DNA of 56,845 nucleotides from a virus (taxonomy: Duplodnaviria; Caudoviricetes). Under the pieces are notes generated by a model. That model worked only from the letters and a program-made list of their open reading frames with translations. It made no database searches and had not been told where the DNA came from. The stretch is from the IMG/VR virus record IMGVR_UViG_3300036985_002500, positions 1 to 56,845 of that record. One strand, 5' to 3'. The translations under genes were made by a program, and so were the position numbers. Below are positions 16,379 through 25,600 of this stretch, piece after piece (position 1 is the stretch's first letter; the number at the start of each line of letters is the position of its first letter).

Positions 16379-17734
16379 TTATAAGTAAATATTTCCTTGG
16401 TTGTCTTCTGTTGTTGTAAGTGCTTGAGTAATATTAGTACCAAATGCTGCTCCTCCTCTATATGTGTTACCTCTCATTGAAACTGGATTAGCACCACTAT
16501 TCGCTAAATAAGGTGCAGAAGCATTTACTAAAACAAATGTACAATTACTAATTACACTTGGAAAGTTTCCAGCACCATTTCCAATTAATCCCGTACCAGA
16601 AGCATTATTCCACTCACTAATTATAGTTGAATTATAAAGTTGTGTAGTTCCATTTGTATTAAAAACAGAATAATTACTTGATGATTTTGCTGTTTGATTA
16701 TAGTATGTAGCATATTGAATTCTACATCCATTACCCGAAGAACTAATTCCAGTACAATTTATACCACCAGATGATAGTTCAAGACCAGTTCCACTTACTG
16801 ATATACCCGTGCAGTTTGTAAAATTATTAACATAGCCTCCATAAAATCCATGTCCAGAAGTAGATCTTCCTATACAATTAGTAGCTGAAACATAAGCAGT
16901 AAATCCAGCACTACTTACTGATGTACCAATACAATTATTTTGATGCCCCGCTAATCCAACAATACCCACTCCAGTATTTGCATTACCAATACAATTTTGA
17001 AGTTTTCCTCCATTTTGACATTGGATTGCAGTACCAGCACCAGTAGCATAAGCAGTACAATTATTAAATGTTGCATTAGATTCTATCATTATTGTAGATC
17101 TATCACTTGATGCGTATGCAATTAAATTATTTATTTCAACTGTACCTGCTGTATATACAGCGCATCCAGTTCCTAAATTAGTAAATACAGATCCAGTAAA
17201 GTTTATTGTTCCAGTTGAACTTCCTCCAAAAAGAAAAACTAAACCTTCTACCGCTGAAGTAGAAGTATTACCTTTTCTTATTACAAATAAATTAATTATA
17301 TTACAAGAAGTATTGACAGATCCTGTAGTAACAAATGTATTTGTTGTTCCTGTATTATTTAAAGTATAGGTATGCCCATTTCCATTAATATTTACACCAT
17401 CTTTTAAAGTAATAGTTACCGCACCAGTCTCAATTACATCTGTAAACATTTCAATAGTATTACCACTTACTGCAGCAGCTAATGCCAATGTTAATGTTGC
17501 ATAGTAGGTATAAACACCAGAAGTGTTTGCAATTCCAAAGACTCCACTTGCTCCACCACTTGCAGAGAAAATCTCTAATACTGCTCCAGTAGAATCCTTA
17601 AATCTTACTAACTTGTCTGCCTTATTATAGAAGTATGTACTATTAGCAACAGAAGCAAAATCTGCACTGGTGTCAGTAATGAATGTGTAATTTATTGCTC
17701 CAGCCATGCTGGTTGTAACTGCTGTAACCGCCAT
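16379..17734 (-). CDS. Tail spike paralog B
   Basis: 451 aa, same length and termini as paralog A. Confidence 0.75.
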   Translation of the reverse strand: MAVTAVTTSMAGAINYTFITDTSADFASVANSTYFYNKADKLVRFKDSTGAVLEIFSASGGASGVFGIANTSGVYTYYATLTLALAAAVSGNTIEMFTDVIETGAVTITLKDGVNINGNGHTYTLNNTGTTNTFVTTGSVNTSCNIINLFVIRKGNTSTSAVEGLVFLFGGSSTGTINFTGSVFTNLGTGCAVYTAGTVEINNLIAYASSDRSTIMIESNATFNNCTAYATGAGTAIQCQNGGKLQNCIGNANTGVGIVGLAGHQNNCIGTSVSSAGFTAYVSATNCIGRSTSGHGFYGGYVNNFTNCTGISVSGTGLELSSGGINCTGISSSGNGCRIQYATYYNQTAKSSSNYSVFNTNGTTQLYNSTIISEWNNASGTGLIGNGAGNFPSVISNCTFVLVNASAPYLANSGANPVSMRGNTYRGGAAFGTNITQALTTTEDNQGNIYL

Positions 17735-17745
17735 ATTATTTTATT

Positions 17746-18957
17746 TTATAGTTTTATGTTTCCTTGATTATCTTCTGTATTAACCAAAGTCTGAGTTACA
17801 AAAGAACTGATTGGTGTTGTTGCTCCTAAATATGAATTGTGAGAATAGCCTATTGTTGCGGCAACTCCTCCACTATTAATACAGTTTGCAGAAGCATTTG
17901 TAGTTCTTAAGAATACATTATTCAAGACAGATCCACTTCCAGAACTCCATTGAACAAATGCGTGACCAGCAGCATTATCCCACTTTGAATAAGCTACTCC
18001 TCTATATAACTTTAATCCTACATATCCAAAAACTGCAACATTTGATGTTGACTCGTGCGTACAATCATAATGTTCTGCACCAGTACCACCTCCAGCACCA
18101 TAATTAGATGATGAAATAAATCTGCATTGATAAGCTAAATATGCATTTCCATTTATTCCAAATCCAGAAGTAGAAATACCAGTACATTGATTTAATTCTG
18201 CTCCAGAAGCAGTATTTATTGCATTACCACTTATTGATATGCCTATTGAATTAAAGCATTTACTTGAACCTACATTTAATCCAAATCCAGAAGCACTTTT
18301 TCCAAAACAATTATAAATACTTGCAATAGCAAAACTATTAGATATTCCATCTCCAGAAGTACCCGCTATTCCAGTACAATTTGTTGCAGTACCAGAATAT
18401 ACAGTTAAGCCGTATGAGTTTGTACTTTCAAAATAACTATTATATACGTTCCCAGTTGAAAAAATAACCCCTTGAGAACTATTTGTTGCAATAGCAGATG
18501 CCCCATATAAATTTCCCTCATTTCTAATACAACTTCCATTAGTATTTTTAAAAAATACACTGCCGCAATTTATAACAGATGTAGTAGCTGTAATAGAAAG
18601 ACATAAGTTATTAGTATTTGATGGATTTGTGCCAAGTGTTCTGACTATTTTAATGTTATATATTTCACAAGTTACTGCTACTGTATTATCTATTAAAGCA
18701 TTAGATGTACCAGTATTACTTAAAGTATATGTATGACCATTACCATTTATATTTACTCCATTCTTTAAAGTAACTGTTACTGCTCCCGTTTCAGTAACAT
18801 CTGCAAACATTTCTATAACTTGTCCACTTGTTGCTGCTGCCATAGCAAGAGTTAAGGTAGCATAGTATGTGTATACTCCAGCTGCATTAGATATACCGAA
18901 GACTCCTGAAGCAGAAGAACCTCCACCTGATGATTGTATTTGAATTAGTGTACTCAT
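17746..18957 (-). CDS. Tail spike paralog C
   Basis: Same GVFGISN..YTYYATLTLA module and ED.QGNI.L end, shorter N-terminus. Confidence 0.75.
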   Translation of the reverse strand: MSTLIQIQSSGGGSSASGVFGISNAAGVYTYYATLTLAMAAATSGQVIEMFADVTETGAVTVTLKNGVNINGNGHTYTLSNTGTSNALIDNTVAVTCEIYNIKIVRTLGTNPSNTNNLCLSITATTSVINCGSVFFKNTNGSCIRNEGNLYGASAIATNSSQGVIFSTGNVYNSYFESTNSYGLTVYSGTATNCTGIAGTSGDGISNSFAIASIYNCFGKSASGFGLNVGSSKCFNSIGISISGNAINTASGAELNQCTGISTSGFGINGNAYLAYQCRFISSSNYGAGGGTGAEHYDCTHESTSNVAVFGYVGLKLYRGVAYSKWDNAAGHAFVQWSSGSGSVLNNVFLRTTNASANCINSGGVAATIGYSHNSYLGATTPISSFVTQTLVNTEDNQGNIKL

Positions 18958-19517
18958 TAGAAAGTTTTATTTAAAACAAAGTTTTGTGATTGTATTGAGT
19001 TAGCAATATTTGCTAATCCCCATTGTGCCGTTATTGTAAGCGAATTAGTAATAGTAGTATCAAATGTAGTATTGGATACTAAAGCAAAATTAACACCGTC
19101 AAGTTGGGTATTGGCATTTTGATTATAAGAATATTGACCATTTACAAATAACTCAGCTACTCCTGCTGCACCAATTTTAGTTATCGTAAAATCTGATACT
19201 AACTCAAAGTGTTTATCAGTAGTAATTTTCATTTGAAATACTCCTAAGTCACCTATTACAATTCCATTAGATTTAATCCTAACGTGTATTGTCTCATTGT
19301 TTGCACAAGATAAATGACCGCACATCTTAACAGTAAAGCTGTCTCCAACCTTAAAAGCATTTGCAGGAACACTTAATGTACCTACCCCTGTGCCTATTAA
19401 AGAAGTCTCTACATCAGTATTAGCAATAGGAGTACCTAACGCAGTTTGTGCATATAGTCCATAGGTATAACCATAAGGGTTAATTCCATATCTATCTATA
19501 TGTATCTGCGTAGACAT
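18957..19517 (-). CDS. Virion beta-sandwich protein
   Basis: Beta-rich 186 aa in the tail appendage cluster. Confidence 0.6.
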   Translation of the reverse strand: MSTQIHIDRYGINPYGYTYGLYAQTALGTPIANTDVETSLIGTGVGTLSVPANAFKVGDSFTVKMCGHLSCANNETIHVRIKSNGIVIGDLGVFQMKITTDKHFELVSDFTITKIGAAGVAELFVNGQYSYNQNANTQLDGVNFALVSNTTFDTTITNSLTITAQWGLANIANSIQSQNFVLNKTF

Positions 19518-19523
19518 TATTTA

Positions 19524-20063
19524 TTATACGTTATAAATGATAACTAATTCAGTTCCAGTGCCGTTATAAGCAATAGTTCCTGCTGCATAGAAGTTGTTTA
19601 AAGCTCCAGCATCAAAGTTTAATGTTTCACCTGGCTTAATTGTACCGCCTAAGAATGTTCCATTTGCAGCACCTACGTTAGATACAGATATGCTATATAC
19701 AACTGGAGCAATAGTTCCTGATGTAGTAACTCTGATTAATACTGGTACTCTAGTGTTAGCATTTATTAATTCAAATGAATTATTAATCCAAGTATGTAAA
19801 TCTTGTACAGCTAGTTTTGCTCCAACTTCAGTATTTGCATATTGAGCAGCACTAGTAGATGATCCAGTATCAAGTAACTTAACCTTTAATGGGTTGTCAC
19901 TATCATCCGTAATAAAATTGATTAGTAAAAAATAATTACCAATTACATCTTTAGTCCATGAAACTGATTTTATAGAACTATATAAATAGTATTCAGGATT
20001 TGTATTAGCTCCTAATTCTCTAGTTAAAGTCAGTTGGTTTCCACCATCGTATATTCTTATCAT
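19524..20063 (-). CDS. Virion structural protein
   Basis: 179 aa, context. Confidence 0.6.
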   Translation of the reverse strand: MIRIYDGGNQLTLTRELGANTNPEYYLYSSIKSVSWTKDVIGNYFLLINFITDDSDNPLKVKLLDTGSSTSAAQYANTEVGAKLAVQDLHTWINNSFELINANTRVPVLIRVTTSGTIAPVVYSISVSNVGAANGTFLGGTIKPGETLNFDAGALNNFYAAGTIAYNGTGTELVIIYNV

Positions 20064-20084
20064 AATTTTATTTATTTCAATTTA

Positions 20085-20822
20085 TTAAAAACTTCTAGCC
20101 TCCATTGAGCCACCAAGAACAAGTATGCTATAAGGATTAGGTACTGATGTTTGATTAGCTATCCATAAAGATATTTGATCACCAGTATTAAGTCCGCTAA
20201 CTTGTGCGTTCACACAGAATGATCCGATATTATCAGCAGGAGTTCCACCAACAATTCTAACTACTCTAGTAGAATAAGGAACGACAACTCCATTAACTCT
20301 AAGTTCATAACCAACCCAAGCAGGCCAATCAGTACCACCATCAAGTACAAATTCAGATGTTACTATATAGTTACCAGCGTTAACAACAGTTAAAGTGATA
20401 GGAGTTATTTGTGATGTTACACCATCTGCGATTGTAAATGGAGTCCCAGTATATGGAAAGCCACCTGGCTGATTAATAGACAATTGAATAGGCATTGACT
20501 TAAACAATACGCTATCGTCACTTGCTATTGCACATAAAGTATCAATTATAGCATTCATAACTTGTTGAATACCATAAGTTCCAGCAGGAAGACCTAAGCA
20601 ATTAGTAGATAATAAATCAATATTAAGACTTAAATTATTCACACTATTAAGTACAAACAATTCTAATAATGCTAGAACATCATTCAAGTCAGCTCCAACG
20701 GGAACATTTATAGAGCTTAATACTCCATCAAATAATGTTATATCAGAAGTTTTACTTGGGCAGTTATCAGAACATCCACAACTTGTAAAACTATTATTAT
20801 TACCACAACTACTACAGCTCAT
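20085..20822 (-). CDS. Structural protein, Cys-rich N-terminus and C1q/BclA-like C-terminus
   Basis: CSSC..CGC...C; AGNYIVT...LNTGDQISLW pattern. Confidence 0.6.
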   Translation of the reverse strand: MSCSSCGNNNSFTSCGCSDNCPSKTSDITLFDGVLSSINVPVGADLNDVLALLELFVLNSVNNLSLNIDLLSTNCLGLPAGTYGIQQVMNAIIDTLCAIASDDSVLFKSMPIQLSINQPGGFPYTGTPFTIADGVTSQITPITLTVVNAGNYIVTSEFVLDGGTDWPAWVGYELRVNGVVVPYSTRVVRIVGGTPADNIGSFCVNAQVSGLNTGDQISLWIANQTSVPNPYSILVLGGSMEARSF

Positions 20823-20825
20823 ATT

Positions 20826-21137
20826 TTAACAATTACAATTATCAGTTAATTGGCCTATCAAGCATCTTTCTTCGTCTTGTGTATACAATCCATAAGGAAG
20901 ACATTCTAGTGCCTCTATAATCAAAGATTTGGCAAATATGGTATCCCAACTAACGTCACAAGAACCAATTCCAAATATTTCAAAGTTTTTTATTGCAGCT
21001 ACTTCTTTAGCTAGAATACTTTTTTGTTTCTTAAGTAAATTTCCGTATTTACATGGAAATACCTCGTCACAAATAGGAATATCTACGACATTATCGCCAG
21101 GTACTCCATCTATAATGTATGAGTTACTACCTTCCAC
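20826..21137 (-). CDS. Small Cys-rich structural protein
   Basis: 103 aa ending CNC. Confidence 0.6.
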   Translation of the reverse strand: MEGSNSYIIDGVPGDNVVDIPICDEVFPCKYGNLLKKQKSILAKEVAAIKNFEIFGIGSCDVSWDTIFAKSLIIEALECLPYGLYTQDEERCLIGQLTDNCNC

Positions 21138-22650
21138 AGCAACAGATTTTTTTCAATGTATCAATATTCTTTTGTACTGAATCCCAATCATTTGCACAAG
21201 TACTAAACTCTAGCGATTGTAAGATAACTTTAAACTTCATTGAGTCAACAAAGTCTTTATTGTCAGCAATAGATTTACAAGGAGAAGCGTCTACTCCGCA
21301 AAATGCTTCTTTAACCATCTTCTTGAAACATTTAAGAAGCGAAATACATAGAACAACAATCCTTTCCGAAGAGCAGTATCTAGTTTTCTCGCAGTCTGTG
21401 TCACAAGTATACTCAGTCCAATAAGGAGCAGAAGAGGTAAGCGAAGGATCAGCCCCAGTACTTGAAGTATTGATTTTATAAAGTTTTCCATTTCTTCTAA
21501 CTATATGTTGTAAAAATGATTCATAAAGAACATCTGATTGCCAATCAGGATATGTACATATTTGAATCTTATAAATTCCATCTACATCATTTGCTGTAAA
21601 AGCATACTGAAATGAGTTGCTTGAATTAAAGTGTGGAGGAATTATTACGTCAGAATCTGTAATATCAGATGTAGCAAGTACGTATGTAGTTCCATCAGGT
21701 CTTGTAATAGTAATTGTTCTGCTAGTAAAGAATTCAGGATTATGTCCTGGCATTCCATTATCGTAAAAAGAATTATCAGAAAAGAATATCTTCTTACAAT
21801 CGCAACTAGTTTCTAAGTTAGAACATCCATCAGTAGCTAATGAAGCATAGAATGGAGGCATTACTGGGCAAGTATTGATTTCTTCTAAGAATCTGTAATC
21901 ATAATCATAAGAGAAGAATGAAAACTCATCGTTAAATTGAGCAATTTGGTTAGGAGATGTATTAGCTTGTAGTACACCATCTATGTATACAGCTACTGTC
22001 TCACCATTAAATACAAATCTTATTACCCTTTCGGATAATAACATATTATCTTCACCATTAAATAATTGTTCAGTAAATGTAAACTCAAAGTCATCATCGT
22101 AATATTTCTCTAAAGAGATATTATCTAGTCTATCAAAACCATCTGATACCCACCAAAAAGCATTAGACTTACTAACATTAACATTTATATCATGAATATT
22201 TACAATGGATTCTACAAATTCATAGAAGTTATTGTAATTATTTCCAGTATCAGTAAGTGAAGCCTCAATATATACTCCATTTGCTACGTTGTTAGTATAT
22301 AAGTACTCATTACCAACTGTATAGTTTGGATATTTAGTATATACTAAGCTAGAATAAGATAAAGACAATACAGCAGGAGCAGAAAGAGCTTCTACACCAT
22401 TCATTTTCATTGAAGTGATAGTATGTACAGAATCTATACCATTAGGATACCCTAAAGCTGGAAACGATGCCATACTAGGATGAACAAATCTCGCTTGTAC
22501 GTTTTTTCTTACCTTATATGATTTCTTATCATCGTTATCAAATCGTACAATCAACCCATTATATGGATATAATACAGATTCATTAACGCTTGGTATAGTA
22601 GGATATAACCTATTACATTTTTCTAAATCATGTGTCTTAACTGTAGTCAT
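21127..22650 (-). CDS. Structural protein with CBM5/12-like module and Cys-rich C-terminus
   Basis: W....Y......V.RNGKLYK.......DP......YW; - strand TAAATTTG at 22667-74. Confidence 0.65.
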   Translation of the reverse strand: MTTVKTHDLEKCNRLYPTIPSVNESVLYPYNGLIVRFDNDDKKSYKVRKNVQARFVHPSMASFPALGYPNGIDSVHTITSMKMNGVEALSAPAVLSLSYSSLVYTKYPNYTVGNEYLYTNNVANGVYIEASLTDTGNNYNNFYEFVESIVNIHDINVNVSKSNAFWWVSDGFDRLDNISLEKYYDDDFEFTFTEQLFNGEDNMLLSERVIRFVFNGETVAVYIDGVLQANTSPNQIAQFNDEFSFFSYDYDYRFLEEINTCPVMPPFYASLATDGCSNLETSCDCKKIFFSDNSFYDNGMPGHNPEFFTSRTITITRPDGTTYVLATSDITDSDVIIPPHFNSSNSFQYAFTANDVDGIYKIQICTYPDWQSDVLYESFLQHIVRRNGKLYKINTSSTGADPSLTSSAPYWTEYTCDTDCEKTRYCSSERIVVLCISLLKCFKKMVKEAFCGVDASPCKSIADNKDFVDSMKFKVILQSLEFSTCANDWDSVQKNIDTLKKICCCGR

Positions 22651-22697
22651 ACTTTTATACTTGTTACAAATTTAATGTTTTATTCAATATAGTTTTT

Positions 22698-25600
22698 TTA
22701 GTTATATGTTTTGTAAACTTTCTGCTTTTCACCAGTTGGATAAGCTTCTATAACTTTCGCAGGCTTAGTAGGAAGTTTAACTTCATTGATTTTGTACCCT
22801 TGTTCTTCATCAATGATATAATCTTCTCCTCCACTAAATATTTTATATAAATAATCTACTTTATTTCTTTCTTTAGACATTTGAAAGTAATCTTCTTCGT
22901 AATTCATCAAAGCATCATTAAGTCCTTTATCTCCTTTGATGTATTGAGTCATATTGCTAATTAAATCATCTATATTTTTAAATCCAATTGCCTTAGAAAT
23001 ATCTCTAGCCTCTGCATCGGTTAGTTTATTCCAAAATATTTGATTATTATATTCTTCAAATAATTTTGCTACAACTTCAGGATCAAATTGATTAATGTAT
23101 TCACCACCAACATTTCCAAATATATCTACCGCCCCAGCCTCTGAAGCAAATTCAAGTTGATCTTCTTTAGATAAATCTTCAAACTTTCTATAGCTAGCAG
23201 CTGGAACTATCGCTGGTAATGTTGCAAGTTTTTGAACAAAATTAACTACTGGAATATTATTTTTCCAAATATCACCTCTCATTGCATTTAATGTCCAGTC
23301 TCCTAAATGACCAATAGCTCCATAGCCTTGTAAATCAGAACCTATTTGATCCCAAACTATATCATGTCTGATTCTTTTATCTTCATCATCATCGCTTGAC
23401 ATCATCGCTCCTACTGCCCCAGATGCAACTACTGAGAATAATACAGATCCAAATGCGGAATAATATACTATATCAGTTATCGCCTGAACTTTTTCACGAG
23501 TAGTCAATGTAGTTCCAGAGTTTAATAATTTAACAGCATTTATAACCTTTTTAGCCATAGAAGCTTGTCCAGTTCTATATGTTCCAGCCATTCTCCATAA
23601 TGGATCTCTTTGTATATTACTTGTTAAATCTACTCTAGTTGATTGTTGTGTTTTTTCCGTTTCTTCTACCCATCTTCTATAAGCATAATCAGCAGCTTCT
23701 TCTTTACTCATACCTTCAGATAGTCTTTGTCTATATGTAGCTAATGCAAAAGCACTACCGCCACCTGGGCCGTATGCAACAGCTAACATATCACCAACTA
23801 TAATTGGAGACATCGCAGCTTGATTAGCTATAATCCATCCCTTTGCTGTCTTTGATTTTAAAGCTGCATCTATTACTTTTTTTGTCTCAACATCAATAGA
23901 TCCACCTCTCATTCTATCTTTTCTATAATCACTATTCCATAATGATTTTACGAAATCCCACTCCTCTTTATTTGTTGGCACAGTTCCTCCCCATATTTGC
24001 CAAGGATCAACTCCATCAGCGATACCAGCTGTCCAATAGTGAGTAAATGAAGTAAACTGTTTAGCAATACTCGCTGGTTTAAATCCAAGAGTAGATAGCA
24101 CACTAAAATTAAGTAATTGGCTGATACCTTTGCTATATGTAGTAGTTCCTGTTTTTGGAGTACTATTGCTAAGGATAACTGCCATGTGTTCTCTTAATTC
24201 ATTGTACTTATCTAAGCCCATATTTGTTATTAAGTATGGTGCATTTGTAGTACTAAATAATTGATTAGTTTTTTTAGCTATTTCAAATAGATTTCTTGAA
24301 TGCTCCATATTCTTTATATAATTAAGATATACGTTATGTGCATTCATATTTAAATCATATTGATCGTTAAATCTAGTTCTTTGCTTTAAGTTATTTGTAA
24401 CCGCACTCATAGCATTTATTGTTCCGTCTTCATTTAATACCGAATCTATATCAATAAAATCTTCATCAAAGTTAGACGCATACTCTGGGTAGTATAACTT
24501 CTCAGGGAATGGCATATTATTAGCAGCTTCGTATATTGGCTCATAATCCACTTTGCTATCCTCATATTTCTGCATTAAGAAATCAGCATAATCCTTAAGG
24601 TCTTGATTTGCATCCATATACTTTTCAAGTGCAAGTACATCTACTCCAGATTTAGCTAATCTTTTTGGCCCATTTTCTACTCTTAATAAATTATAATAAT
24701 TTACCATGTGTGAGTTTGTTATCTGATAAAATTCTCTCAATTTATTATTTACTGGATTATCTTTATCGGATATTGTGTCAGACAATCTACTTATGCCTTT
24801 TCTTTTAGAGCCAAATATTTCATTAAATCCAGCATAATATTCTCTTATCTTAACCGCTTGACCATGCAATATATCGTGCATAGCTTTAATTAATGGCCTT
24901 TCTATATTATCAGTAACATATTTCTTTACGGCATCACTCTTTGCCCAAGTGCCTTTTAATAGTGAATATATATCAGACATAGCATTAAGTGGATTCAATG
25001 CTCTAGCTACTCTTCTAAATACCTTAGCGTCTCTTCTTCTTACTGCTTCTCTAGTAAAAGCAATGTTTTCTGCTTCATATCCTTCAACATTAGAAAAATA
25101 TGAATCAGGCAATCCTACTGTAGATGTGTTTTTATTTTTTGCACTAGGTGGTTTAAATGCTGCCATATCAGCCTTCTTATACAGTCTTCCTTGTATAATT
25201 ACAGCTCCACCATTTTCAAGAAATTCAATTATTTCTTCTCTAGTATTTAAAATAACATCTGGAGTTTTAGCCAAACCTTTAAGTAGTGTTGCGTTTTCTA
25301 CTTTCTTGGTATCTTCTTTTGCGTTATTAAATGTTTTAAAATCTGCTTTTCCAGTATCTATTATGTCCTCTATAATTTTCATTATAGCATCTAACTCTTC
25401 CTGAGTCTTTAATTCTAAATCATCTAAAGCTCCACTATTAATGAACTCCTTAAATTCTCTCTGAGATTCAACTGTAGTTTTACCTTTCCACTTATCGTTT
25501 ACCTTAGTTAAGAATTCTCTTTTATTTTTTATTTTCTTTACAATATTTTTAGCTGTTAAAATTCTTTTAGCTTCAGCTTTATTCTCAATCATTTTATCAA

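Noticed and set aside
14707-18957. DGR or invertase shufflon acting on the spikes
   Set aside because: No reverse transcriptase, no adenine-specific TR/VR pair seen, no invertase, and all paralogs are in the same orientation
24440-24480. DEDFIDID in the giant protein as a crAss-type RNAP DFDID motif
   Set aside because: Spacing is not DxDxD and no other polymerase motifs were recognised
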